Below, one piece after another: positions 42,760 to 52,275 of a stretch of 64,000 nucleotides of DNA. Numbering within the stretch: the first letter of the stretch is position 1; the number at the start of each line of letters is the position of its first letter. This DNA comes from an uncultured delta proteobacterium (GTDB lineage Bacteria; Myxococcota_A; Polyangia; Polyangiales; B10-G4): the NCBI GenBank assembly GCA_963727445.1, contig CAVSGI010000016.1, positions 19,778-83,777 of the forward strand, read 5' to 3'. A program made the translations under genes and the position numbers. The notes below the pieces were generated by a model. That model searched no databases, was not told where the DNA came from, and saw nothing but the letters and a program-made list of their open reading frames with translations.

Positions 42760-43900
42760 ATGGATTTCGAGCTCAGCGAGACACACCAGAGCATCCGCGA
42801 CACCGCGCGAGCCTTCGCCCAGAAGGAGGTCGCCCCTCACGCCCGGAAATGGGACGAGGAGGAGCGCTTCCCGACGGAGATCATCCCGAAGCTCGGCGAG
42901 CTCGGCTTCCTCGGCATCCGCATCCCCGAAGCGTACGGCGGCGCCGAGCTCGACACGCTCGCCTACTCGATCATCGTCGAGGAGATCGCGCGCGTCGACG
43001 GCTCGCTGGCGCTCACGGTGGCGTCGCACAACGGGCTCGGCTCGAGCCACCTGATGACCTTCGGCAGCGAAGCGCTGAAGCAAGAAGTACCTGCCCAAGC
43101 TCGCGACGGGCGAATGGCTGGGCGCATGGGCGCTGACCGAGCCGGGCTCGGGGAGCGACGCTGCGGGCATGGCCACCCGCGCCGTGCGGGACGGCGACGA
43201 CTGGATCCTCAACGGCACCAAGATGTTCATCACGCAGGGCTCCGTGGGCGGCGTCTGCGTGGTGCTGGCGCTGACCACGCCGGAGAAGAAGCAGCACGGG
43301 ATCACCGCGTTTGCGGTGGAGATGGGCACTCCGGGCTTCAGCGCCTCCAAGCACATCGAGAAGCTCGGCTGCCGCTCGAGCGACACCGTCGAGCTGACCC
43401 TCGAGGACGTGCGCATCCCGGACTCACAGCGGGTGGGCGAAGTCGACGACGGCTTCATCGACACCCTGAAGATCCTGGACCGCGGTCGGGTGAGCATCGC
43501 GTCCATGGCCCTGGGCCTGGGGGAGGGCGCGCTCTCGGCGGCGCTCACCTACGCCAAGGACCGCAAGCAGTTCGGCAAGCCCATCGCCGACTTCCAGGCG
43601 ATCCAATGGATGATCGCCGACGCCCGCACCGAGCTCGACGCCGCGCGCCTGCTGACCTGGCGCGCCGCCGTGAAGGCAGACAGCGGCGGCCGCTACTCAC
43701 GCGAGGCCTCGATGGCCAAGCTCTACGCTTCCGAAGCGGCGAGCCGCGCCATCAACAAGGCGCTGCAGATCCACGGCGGCTACGGCTACACCCGCGAGTT
43801 CCCCGTCGAACGCCACCTCCGCGACGCCAAGATCTGCGAGATCGGCGAAGGCACCAGCGAAGTGCAGCGCATGATCATCGCCCGTCACGCGCTCGCCTGA
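42760..43900 (+). CDS. Acyl-CoA dehydrogenase (frameshift near 43083)
   Basis: PEAYGG, WALTEPGSGSD, NGTKMFIT, RKQFGKPI, QIHGGYGY, IGEGTSEVQR. Confidence 0.93.
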
Positions 43901-44492
43901 GGGACGGGCGGCCGAGGACCTCGGCGCGGACCTGGATGACGCCGGCGTGAATCATGCCGATGCGCTCGGCGGCGGCGCGGCTCAGGTCGAGGATGCGGCG
44001 GCGGTCGCCGAAGGGGCCGCGGTCGTTGATGCGGACGATGACCGAGTCGCCGGTGTCGATCCGGGTGACGCGCACCAGGGTGTCGAAGGCGAGGTTTCGG
44101 TTGGCTGCGGTGAGCAGGGTGGGGTCGTAGGGCTCGCCGCTCGCGGTGGGGTGGCCGGCGAGGCTGTCCGCGTAGTAGCTCGCGCGACCGGTGAAGGTGC
44201 GCAGCACGCGGTAGCCGCCGCGCGGGTCGCCGGTGCGCGGAGCGGCGAGGGCGCGGAGCTCGTCCTCGTCCGTCGCGGCCGGCCGCGTCGCTGGGCGGTC
44301 CTCCTCGCCCGCTTCATCCTGCGCCGCCTCGTGCGCTTCGCCCTCGGTCTCCGTGTAGCCCGCTGGCACGGCGCGGGGGTATTCGGTCGGCCCGCCGTAA
44401 CGCGGATTGGAGATGTGCGTGTCGTCCGCCTCGTAGAGAGGCTGGCGCGGCCCGCACGCCGCGATGAGGACCAGCGGCAGGAGCAGTCGCAT
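43875..44492 (-). CDS. rlpA: RlpA-family lipoprotein (DPBB lytic transglycosylase)
   Basis: IAA-C lipobox; GRASYY, TASGEPY, TAA, VRINDRGPF, LDLSRAAA. Confidence 0.9.
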   Translation of the reverse strand: MRLLLPLVLIAACGPRQPLYEADDTHISNPRYGGPTEYPRAVPAGYTETEGEAHEAAQDEAGEEDRPATRPAATDEDELRALAAPRTGDPRGGYRVLRTFTGRASYYADSLAGHPTASGEPYDPTLLTAANRNLAFDTLVRVTRIDTGDSVIVRINDRGPFGDRRRILDLSRAAAERIGMIHAGVIQVRAEVLGRPSLRRARDGR

Positions 44493-46252
44493 CAGGAGCC
44501 GGTGTTTGCGGGGAGCCCGTGCCCCGGCACGACGATCATGTTGCGGAAGGCGTCGTAGTCGAAGCGGTCCGAGTGCTCCGGGTTGTGGCAGCCGACGCAG
44601 ACCCGCTCGGGAACTTCGAGGGTGATCAGCCCCGGCGCTTCGGGATCGGCGACGTGGGCGCTCCCCGGGCCGTGGCAGACCTCGCAGCCCACGTTGACCA
44701 GGGCACCATCCTCGTTGTGGGTCACCGTCGAGCCCCCCGGCTTCATGTAGCCGGTGACGTGGCACCCGACGCAGCTCAGGTTGAACTCCTTGTGTAGGTT
44801 CACGAGCGTCGCGTAGGCGCGCCCGTGCGCGTGACCGCGCCACCAATCGTACGCCGACTGGTGGCAGCTGCTGCCGGCGCAGCTCGCCGAGCCGACGTAG
44901 TGGGGCGTGCCCTCGGGCGCCGGTTCGGGTACGAGATCCGCGAAGACCCGCGCGTTGTTCTCGTTGACCCGCCTGTCGAGGCGGTCGATGAGCCGCGTCA
45001 CCGCGGGGTCCTGACGCGCGTCGGGGGGCAGCTCGACCCACTCCGCGGAAAACGCGTTGCCCTCGACCTCGCTCGGCGGCCGCAAAGCCGCGAGCTCCCC
45101 CTCGAGCCCAGCGAGGCGCTGGCGCTGCGCCTCGACGTCCGCTTCGTTCACGGAGTCGTCGCCCTCCCAGTCATCGAGGCGCGCCCGCAGCTCCGCGATG
45201 CGCCTCTCGAGGTGCGCCCGCTCCTCCTCGACCGTCCAATCGCTCCAATCCGTGAAGCCGCCGTCGTCGCGACGCCAGACATCGACCACCAACAGCCCCT
45301 GTCCCTGGCGACCGGCGTGCAGCAGGTAGGTGCCATCGGCGTCGACCGGCGGGATCGCCTCGGCCTGGTCGAGTCCTGCCTGGATGACGAAATCGACGTC
45401 GTCGAGACGGGCGACCTGGCGCGCTTCGCGCCGGTCACCGCTGACCATGGCGATGATGATCTCCGCCTCCCGCGCCTTGAGGGCCTCGACCCCGGCCCGC
45501 GCTGCGTCGACCAGCGGCGTCTCGCGCACGATGCCATCGGGGAGGGTGCCGGTCCGGCCCTCGAGCTGGCTCACGCCGACGAAGCCGACCTTCACCCCGG
45601 CGACCTCCTTCAGCAGCGTCGGCAACAAGAGCGGCACGTCGTCGCCGCCCTCACTCCCATTCTCATTCCCATTCCCATTCTCATTCCGTTCCCGTTCTCG
45701 CTCCCGTTCTCGCTCCCGTTCCCGTTCCCGTTCTCGCTCCCGTTCTCGCTCCCGTTCACGGCCGCCAGCTGCACGTCGGCCGCCAGGAACGGGAACTCCG
45801 CGCCGCTCGCCAGCGCGCGGAAGGTGTCGGTGCCGTGGGCGAAGTCGAGGTGCCCCGGGGTCGCGGCGAGCATGTCCATCCGATCGAAGACGTCAATCAG
45901 CAGCTCCGCCGACCAGACGTTCTGGGTCTCGGCCCCATCCCCGTCGAAGCCGTGGTCCTCGTTGCCGAAGAAGAAATCGCCGGCCGCGACCAAGAGCGCG
46001 GGCTGGCCGCGGCGTCGGAGCTCGGCGACCTCGGCGGCCATCCGATCAATCCCGCCGAGGGGGCGCGTGTTGCACCCGCAGGGTGCGAGGTAACCCTTGA
46101 TGTCGGTGATCACCAGGAGACGGAAGGTGGGGATCGGGGCGCCGGACGGGCGGCGGGTTCGTGGGCGTGGTGTTCCCGTCGGAGTCGCCACAGGAGGCCC
46201 CCACGCCCGCCATGGCGGCCGTCACCAGCACCACCGCCGCCATCACCCGCAT
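44492..46252 (-). CDS. Lipoprotein: UshA/5'-nucleotidase-like domain fused to a multiheme c-type cytochrome (frameshifts near 46140 and 45690)
   Basis: GAS-C lipobox; TDIKGYLAPCGC..PLGG, AAGDFF; CAGSSCH, CVGCH, CEVCH, CVGCH. Confidence 0.8.
45652..45757 (-). repeat. Degenerate hexamer tandem repeat encoding an (E/G)NG(S/N) linker
   Basis: Runs of CCCGTT/CTCGCT/CCCATT/CTCATT on the plus strand. Confidence 0.85.
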
Positions 46253-46319
46253 CGCCTTGACTCGCACGGCCACCGTTGTAGCAACCACCTCGCCGTGGAG
46301 CCACGGTGGCGGTTTGGAC

Positions 46320-46962
46320 ATGAAAACCCCCTTCCTCAGTCTCTCATTCGCGCTGCTCCTGCTTTCGGCCGTGGGAGGCTGCGGAGACGACGAGGAAGCG
46401 CAGGGCGCCAACGTCGAGGTGGCCACGGAAGGGGTGAACGCCGGGCTCGGGGACCACGACGTCGACGAGGGCTCCTGCGAGGCGTTCTGCGAAAAGGCGA
46501 ACGAATGCGCCCGCCAGGCGGGCCGTGAGGTGCCGGAAGAGGCCGCCGACTGCGAACAGAGCTGCCAGCCGGGGGGCATCCACCGCCAGGCGCCCGCCTC
46601 CATTCACGCCTGCGCCTCCGAGCCGTGCGGCCCCGCGTTCATGGCCTGCAGCCAGCGGGCGATGCTGGCGGAGATGCGGGACCGCGACATCGCCGTCTTT
46701 CCGCCTGTCTGTCAGGGGCTCTGCGAGAAGAGCGCCTGGTGCAGCCGGCCGCACCCATCAGCCTCCCGGGCCCGGCGAGGACGACTGTGAGGCGGCGTGC
46801 CGAGCGGGAGGGCCGTATGCGGACGTCTCCGAGCGCGAGGTCCTCTGCGTCCACGAGCCTTGTGGCGAGCCCTTCGTCACCTGCCGCCAGGAGGGGGGGC
46901 CGAGCGGGCCCATCCAGGTCCTGCCGCCGCCCACGGTGCCAAACCACGCCGACTCACCTTGA
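46320..46962 (+). CDS. Cys-rich lipoprotein with two tandem Cys modules (frameshift near 46750)
   Basis: VGG-C lipobox; C..[FL]CEK...C...CE..C...GG...C..EPCG..F..C occurs twice. Confidence 0.7.
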
Positions 46963-46987
46963 CGCTCCCCCCAACGCCTGCCACATT
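46959..46987 (+). promoter_or_regulatory. Putative sigma70-type promoter of the rpsP operon
   Basis: TTGACG-17 nt-CACATT. Confidence 0.4.
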
Positions 46988-47047
46988 CCGCTGCCCCGCG
47001 ACCCGAGTGCGGGGATATTCCTAGTCATTTCTTTGGAGAAAGACCTG

Positions 47048-47314
47048 ATGGTCAAGGTACGGCTGGCCCGCCACGGCTCGAAAAAGCGCCCCTACTACCA
47101 CATCGTGGTGACCGACGCGGAGAAGGCCCGCGACGGACGCTTCATCGAGCAGATCGGCACCTACGATCCCGCCAAGCCGATGGCAGAGGCGCGCATCGAT
47201 CACGACCGGCTCGCATACTGGGTCGGCGTGGGCGCGAAGCCCTCCGAGTCTCTCGGTCGGGTGATTCGCGAGCACAAGAAGGCGCTCGACGCCGCGCGCG
47301 CTGCCACGGCCTGA
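47048..47314 (+). CDS. rpsP: 30S ribosomal protein S16
   Basis: MVKVRLARHGSKKRPYYHIVV...RDGRFIEQIGTYDP. Confidence 0.98.
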   Translation: MVKVRLARHGSKKRPYYHIVVTDAEKARDGRFIEQIGTYDPAKPMAEARIDHDRLAYWVGVGAKPSESLGRVIREHKKALDAARAATA

Positions 47315-47598
47315 TGCACGACGACGACGACGACGACGACGATCGCCTCGACGATCCCGAGGATCGCCTCGAAGATCTGATCATCTTCGTGGCGAAGAAC
47401 CTCGTCGACGAGCCGGAAGACGTGGCCGTCGAGGCGATCGAGGGCGACCGCGCCATCATCTACGAGCTCTCCGTGGCTCCCGGTGACCTGGGCAAGGTCA
47501 TCGGCAAAGACGAACGGACGGCCCGCGCCATTCGCACGCTCCTGGCCGCGACCAGCGCGAAGCTGCGCAAGCGCGCCGTCCTCGACATCGTCGAGTGA
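47314..47598 (+). CDS. khpA: KH-domain RNA-binding protein
   Basis: LVDEPEDV, DLGKVIGK..RTARAIRTLL; position after rpsP. Confidence 0.92.
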   Translation: MHDDDDDDDDRLDDPEDRLEDLIIFVAKNLVDEPEDVAVEAIEGDRAIIYELSVAPGDLGKVIGKDERTARAIRTLLAATSAKLRKRAVLDIVE

Positions 47599-48170
47599 AC
47601 GAGCGCCAGACGCGCACGCCGGACGGCGACGACTATCCCCTCGTGGCGATCGCCGTGGTCGCGCGTCCGCATGGCGTGCGCGGTGAGCTACGCGTGACGC
47701 GGCTCAACCCGGAGAGCACGCTCCTCTACGATCTCGACGCCATCCTGCTGCACCAGGGCGGCGAGGACCGTCCCTACGCGGTACAGAGCGCGCGCCAGGG
47801 GCCCAAGGGGGCCGTGCTGATGCGCCTCGCGGGGGTGGCGGATCGCGAAGCAGCCGACGCGCTTCGCGGAGCGGAGGTGCGCGTCCCGCGTTCGGCGCTG
47901 CCGCCGACCGACGATGACGAGTGGTACTTCGTGGACCTGATCGGTCTCACGGCGGTGGACGAGGCGGGGGAAGCGCTGGGCGAGGTGGTGGACGTCCTCG
48001 AGTATCCGACGATCGACTGCCTCGCGGTCTACGACGGGAGCGAGGTGCGCGAGGTGCCGATGAACGAGCCCTATCTCATCGACGTGAGGCTGGAGGAAGG
48101 TCGCGTGATCCTGTCGGGTATCGACGACCTTCCGTCGCGCAAGCCCACCAAGCACGAGAGGCGGAAGTGA
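47595..48170 (+). CDS. rimM: Ribosome maturation factor RimM
   Basis: PHGVRGEL, DREAADALRG, EWYFVDLIG. Confidence 0.95.
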   Translation: MNERQTRTPDGDDYPLVAIAVVARPHGVRGELRVTRLNPESTLLYDLDAILLHQGGEDRPYAVQSARQGPKGAVLMRLAGVADREAADALRGAEVRVPRSALPPTDDDEWYFVDLIGLTAVDEAGEALGEVVDVLEYPTIDCLAVYDGSEVREVPMNEPYLIDVRLEEGRVILSGIDDLPSRKPTKHERRK

Positions 48171-48907
48171 CCCTGCGCTTTCACGTGGTGACGCTCTTCC
48201 CGGAGCTCTTCGACTCCGTCATCGACGCGGCGATCCTCGGCAAGGCCATCGCGCGCGGGCTGATCGAGGTGTCCTTCGTCAATCCGCGCGACTTCACGCA
48301 CGACAAGCACAAGAGCGTGGACGACACCCCCTACGGAGGCGGAAGCGGGATGGTGATGATGCCGGGTCCGATCGTCGAGGCCCTCGAGTCGCTGCCGGAG
48401 GTGGAGGGAAAGCGGCCGCACCGGATCCTGATGACGCCCCAGGGCACGCCCCTCTGCCAGGCCGACGTCTCGCGCCTCGCGGCGATGCCGGCGATCGCGC
48501 TGGTCTGCGGGCGATACGAGGGCGTGGACGAACGGGTGCGCGATCACGTCGACGAGGAGATCTCCCTCGGCGATTTCGTGCTCCTCGGCGGCGAGGTGGC
48601 GGCGGCGGCGGTGATCGAGGCGGTGTCGCGGCTGGTGCCGGGTGTGCTCGGCAACGCGGCGTCCGCCGCTGACGAGTCCCACGCCGCCGATCTCCTCGAG
48701 TATCCGCAGTACACGCGACCCGCGGAGTTTCGCGGCGAGGGCGTCCCCGAGGTGCTGCGCTCTGGCGACCACGGTGCCATCGCGCGCTATCGGCGCAAGG
48801 AAGCGCTCCGGCGCACGCGCGCGCGGCGCCCGGATCTGCTCGCGGATGCCGAGCTCGACGAGACCGATCGGGCGCTTGTCGCCGAGATCGAGGAGGAGGA
48901 GAGATGA
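48167..48907 (+). CDS. trmD: tRNA (guanine37-N1)-methyltransferase
   Basis: VVTLFPE, VDDTPYGGGSGM, CGRYEGVDER, SLGDFVLLGGE, LEYPQYTRP. Confidence 0.98.
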   Translation: MTLRFHVVTLFPELFDSVIDAAILGKAIARGLIEVSFVNPRDFTHDKHKSVDDTPYGGGSGMVMMPGPIVEALESLPEVEGKRPHRILMTPQGTPLCQADVSRLAAMPAIALVCGRYEGVDERVRDHVDEEISLGDFVLLGGEVAAAAVIEAVSRLVPGVLGNAASAADESHAADLLEYPQYTRPAEFRGEGVPEVLRSGDHGAIARYRRKEALRRTRARRPDLLADAELDETDRALVAEIEEEER

Positions 48908-49485
48908 GCGAGGTGTATTGCGCCCTCGTCCACCACCCGGTGCGTGCACGCGACGGCTCGATCGTGACCACCGCGGTGACGAACCTCGACGTCCACGACA
49001 TCGCCCGGGCCGCGCGGACCTTCGAGCTCGCACGCTACTTCGTGGTGACGCCCATCGAGGCGCAGCGGCAGCTGGTGGAACGCATCCTCGGCCATTGGCG
49101 CGAGGGCGGAGGCAAGACGCGCATCCCAGAGCGGGCCGACGCCCTGTCCCGGGTGGCGGTGGCGCCCAGCCTGCAAGCGGTGACCGAGCGGATCGCGGCC
49201 GAGGCCGGCGCCGCGCCCCGGACCGTGGCGACCGCCGCGCGCGCGGCCGGCCGGGAGCCCACCAGCTACGCCGAGGTGGCCGCGATGGCGGCCGGGGAGG
49301 GCCCCCCTCTGCTCCTGCTCTTCGGGACCGGTCACGGGCTCGCCGACGCGGTTCTATCGGAGGCGGACCTGCTTCTGCCCCCGATTCACGGGCGGGGGAG
49401 CTACAACCACCTCTCGGTGCGGGCGGCGGCGGCCATCACCTTCGACCGCCTCCTATCCTCGCGGGAGGAAGGAAAAGCCCTTTGA
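48904..49485 (+). CDS. SPOUT RNA methyltransferase (TrmD-associated)
   Basis: ALVHHPV, AVTNLDVHDIAR, LFGTGHGL, YNHLSVR. Confidence 0.9.
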   Translation: MSEVYCALVHHPVRARDGSIVTTAVTNLDVHDIARAARTFELARYFVVTPIEAQRQLVERILGHWREGGGKTRIPERADALSRVAVAPSLQAVTERIAAEAGAAPRTVATAARAAGREPTSYAEVAAMAAGEGPPLLLLFGTGHGLADAVLSEADLLLPPIHGRGSYNHLSVRAAAAITFDRLLSSREEGKAL

Positions 49486-49601
49486 TCTCCCACCCGGCCG
49501 GGGCCCAGGCCGGGCGAATCCACTTGACCACCCCTCGGCGCTGGGCTAGCTAAGCGCCCCCGTCGGCGGACAGCAGCGCGCCGACCTGTCGGAGAAGAGC
49601 G

Positions 49602-49976
49602 ATGTCGAGCCCCGTGCCCAAGATTCAGGCCCTCGAAAAGACCTTTGAGAAGGACGTTCCCGCGTTCCGCGTCGGCGATACCGTCGCCGTTCACTACCTC
49701 ATCCGTGAGGGCAACAAGGAGCGCGTGCAGGTCTTCAAGGGCGTGGTGATCCGCAAGACGGGCGGAGGCGCAGGCGCGACCTTCACCGTCCGCAAGGTCT
49801 CCTTCGGTGTCGGCGTCGAGCGCATTTTCCCGACGAACTCGCCGCGCATCGAGAAGCTGGAGATCGAGGCCCGCGGCCACGTCCGCCAGGCCCGCCTCTA
49901 CTACCTCCGCCAGCTCCGCGGCAAGAAGGCCCGTCTCCGCGCGTCGCAGCGCCAGACGGAAGGCTCGCCGAACTAG
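49602..49976 (+). CDS. rplS: 50S ribosomal protein L19
   Basis: [42 protein letters not shown]. Confidence 0.98.
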   Translation: MSSPVPKIQALEKTFEKDVPAFRVGDTVAVHYLIREGNKERVQVFKGVVIRKTGGGAGATFTVRKVSFGVGVERIFPTNSPRIEKLEIEARGHVRQARLYYLRQLRGKKARLRASQRQTEGSPN

Positions 49977-50065
49977 CTCCGACGAGGCGAGCGACGCCGA
50001 AGCCACACGCGGGTGTGACCGCCCCACCGGCCCGGTGGCGGTACGCGCGCTTCGCTTCGCTCGAT

Positions 50066-50361
50066 GGGGACGGTCTACACTTTTCAACTTTCGGCTGGCC
50101 CGCGCGCGTGCGCCCAGAACCCGCCGCTCGATCGGTAGCGGTACGCACGCTTCGCTTCGCTCGCTCAGGGTACGCGCGGGGACGGTCTACACTTTTCAAC
50201 TTTCGGCTGGGCCGCGCGCGTGCGCCCAGAACCCGGGGGGCGTGGCGAAAGTTGAAAAGTGTAGACCGTCCCCGTTAGCCCTTTCGGCTGGGCCGCGCGC
50301 GTGCGCCCAGAACCCGGGGGGCGTGGCGAAAGTTGAAAAGTGTAGACCGTCCCCGTTAGCC
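50066..50361. repeat. Nested 28-bp inverted repeats plus an 81-bp tandem duplication (REP/MITE-like)
   Basis: GGGGACGGTCTACACTTTTCAACTTTCG at 50066 and 50178; reverse complement at 50246 and 50327; 50200-50280 repeated at 50281-50361. Confidence 0.92.
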
Positions 50362-50943
50362 CTATTCGTAGACGACGCCGCTGAAGATCTCGACCTGGGT
50401 GTCGGGGTCCTTCCAGGCGTGGGGGGGCAGGCCTGCCTTGACGCAGGTCTGGGCGAGGAAGGTGGGCAGGTCCCAGCCGCGCTCGGCGGCGACCTGCGGC
50501 AGGAGCACGCCGCGCCGCATGCCGCGGCTGATGATCAGACCGTCGCGCCCGAGCACGAATTGGTCGGGAGAGCGCAGCGGCCGCGGCGCCGACAGGACGC
50601 TGACGCTCAGCGCGATCTCCGGCAGCTCGTCCGGCGTCACGGGCCGAAAGCGCGGGTCGCGAAGCGCCGCGCCCTTCGCCATCTCGCGGGTGCTCTCGGC
50701 GAGGCTGGCGATCGGCTCGAGGGTGCCGATGCAGCCGCGGAGTTGGCCGTGCTCGTACAGGGTCACGAAGCAGGCGCCCTCGCGGGCCAGCGCGCCCGCG
50801 TCTTCGCCGGCGATGGGGGTCTTGGGCCGTCCGATGACGGCGGCCTCGAGCCCATCCCGCGCCACCGCGAGGAGCGCGCGGCTCTCCGACTCGTTCAGCG
50901 TGTCCATCGCAGATGGAGGTAATCCCATATCCGAAGATGGCAC
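50362..50943 (-). CDS. amrA: AMMECR1-domain protein (AmmeMemoRadiSam protein A)
   Basis: ACFVTL, LRGCIG, AALRDPRF, SVSVLS, GVLLPQVA, KAGL. Confidence 0.93.
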   Translation of the reverse strand: MPSSDMGLPPSAMDTLNESESRALLAVARDGLEAAVIGRPKTPIAGEDAGALAREGACFVTLYEHGQLRGCIGTLEPIASLAESTREMAKGAALRDPRFRPVTPDELPEIALSVSVLSAPRPLRSPDQFVLGRDGLIISRGMRRGVLLPQVAAERGWDLPTFLAQTCVKAGLPPHAWKDPDTQVEIFSGVVYE

Positions 50944-51747
50944 CTATTGCAGGATCGGAAGGAGGGTATTGAGGGAACCGGTGCGGTAGCCCTCGAGGTC
51001 GAGGGTGATGAAGGCGAAGCCGTGCGCCCGACCGGCCTCGGTGATCTCGGCGCGCAGCGCGAAGGCGCGCGGGAGCTCGTCCTCGCCCACTTCGATGCGC
51101 GCCAGCTCCTGGTGGTAGCGAACGCGAACCTGGCGAAGTCCCAGGTCCTTGAGCGCCGCCTCGAGCCCGCCGATCTGCGACAGGCGCTCGGGGGTGACCT
51201 CGGTGCCGTAAGGGATGCGGGAGGCGAGACAGGCCGCGGCGGGCTTGTCCCAGACCGCCATCCCCAGCTCCTTGGCGATGGCCCGAACGCCGGCCTTGTC
51301 GATCTCGGCTTCGACCAGGGGGCTGCGCACCTTCGACTCGTCCGCCGCGATCAGGCCCGGGCGATGATCGCCCAGGTCGTCGCGATTCGTCCCGTTCGCC
51401 GTCCAGGCGAAGCCCAGCTCGCGACGCTTCTGCTCGGTGATCCGATAGAGCTCGCTCTTGCAGAAGTAGCAGCGGTTCGCCGGGTTCGCGCGGTAGCGCT
51501 CGTCCTCGATCTCGCGACTGTCGACGAAGAGATGCCGCGCGCCGATCTCCTCCGCGATGCGCCGGGCGTCCTCCCGCTCGCGCTCGGCGAGGGCGGGGCC
51601 CACGGCGGTGAGCCCCAGCGCCCGCTCGCCCAGGACATCGCTCGCGACCTTGAGCACCAGCGCGCTGTCGATGCCGCCGCTGAAGGCGACGATCACCGAT
51701 TCCATCTGAGCGACCACGCTCCGCAGCGCTTCGAGACCTGGGCTCAT
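50944..51747 (-). CDS. larE: LarE-like ATP-dependent sulfur insertase (PP-loop)
   Basis: AFSGGIDS, NRCYFCK, GTNRDDLGDHRPG, WDKPAAACLASRIPYG, LDLEGYRTGSLN. Confidence 0.93.
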   Translation of the reverse strand: MSPGLEALRSVVAQMESVIVAFSGGIDSALVLKVASDVLGERALGLTAVGPALAEREREDARRIAEEIGARHLFVDSREIEDERYRANPANRCYFCKSELYRITEQKRRELGFAWTANGTNRDDLGDHRPGLIAADESKVRSPLVEAEIDKAGVRAIAKELGMAVWDKPAAACLASRIPYGTEVTPERLSQIGGLEAALKDLGLRQVRVRYHQELARIEVGEDELPRAFALRAEITEAGRAHGFAFITLDLEGYRTGSLNTLLPILQ

Positions 51748-51762
51748 CAGCAGGGTTCTAGC

Positions 51763-52275
51763 TCAGACCACCGTCAGGGTCGACTCGTCGAAGTCATCGG
51801 TTCCAGGCCGGTGGACCCAGAGCTTGACGTCCTTCACCTCCGGCGCCGCCTCGCCGCCGTGGACGCTGACCACGATGAACGCGCAGGGCCACATCAGCTG
51901 CGCCTGGTTGCTGAAGGTGGCCGCGTCCTCAGCGCTGAAGTAAGCGCCGGTGTCGACGTGGGAGTGATAGATGACCTTGAGCGGCCGCCCCTCGGCGTCG
52001 CCCTTTTCGAAGGCGCGCGCCGCGCGGAGCTCGTTGATCTTGAAATACGTCGCGCTCGTCCGGGGGAAGGTCTCGGGATCGAGCGCGTGGTACTTGTCGG
52101 CCTCGTTGGGCTCGCTGACGGCGGCGTCGAGGCGGGGTGGGTCGTCGGCCGGGCCCATCACGAAGCCGCAAGCCTCGCTCGGATAACAGGCCACCGCGTC
52201 CGCGTAGATGGCATCGAGGGTGCGCTTGTCGATCACCAGCTCGCCCCGGACCCACGGCCGCTCTTCACCACTCAT
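51763..52275 (-). CDS. JAB/MPN+ (M67) metallopeptidase, Mec-like
   Basis: YPSEACG and IYHSHVDTGAYFSAED (HxH-x7-S-x2-D). Confidence 0.92.
   Translation of the reverse strand: MSGEERPWVRGELVIDKRTLDAIYADAVACYPSEACGFVMGPADDPPRLDAAVSEPNEADKYHALDPETFPRTSATYFKINELRAARAFEKGDAEGRPLKVIYHSHVDTGAYFSAEDAATFSNQAQLMWPCAFIVVSVHGGEAAPEVKDVKLWVHRPGTDDFDESTLTVV

Noticed and set aside
42640..43100. Programmed frameshifting in the mutase subunit and acyl-CoA dehydrogenase
   Set aside because: No canonical slippery heptamer was seen, and the breaks fit the window-wide indel pattern.
50066..50361. 28-bp repeats as CRISPR repeats
   Set aside because: Copies occur in both orientations and the intervening sequences are near-identical, not unique spacers.
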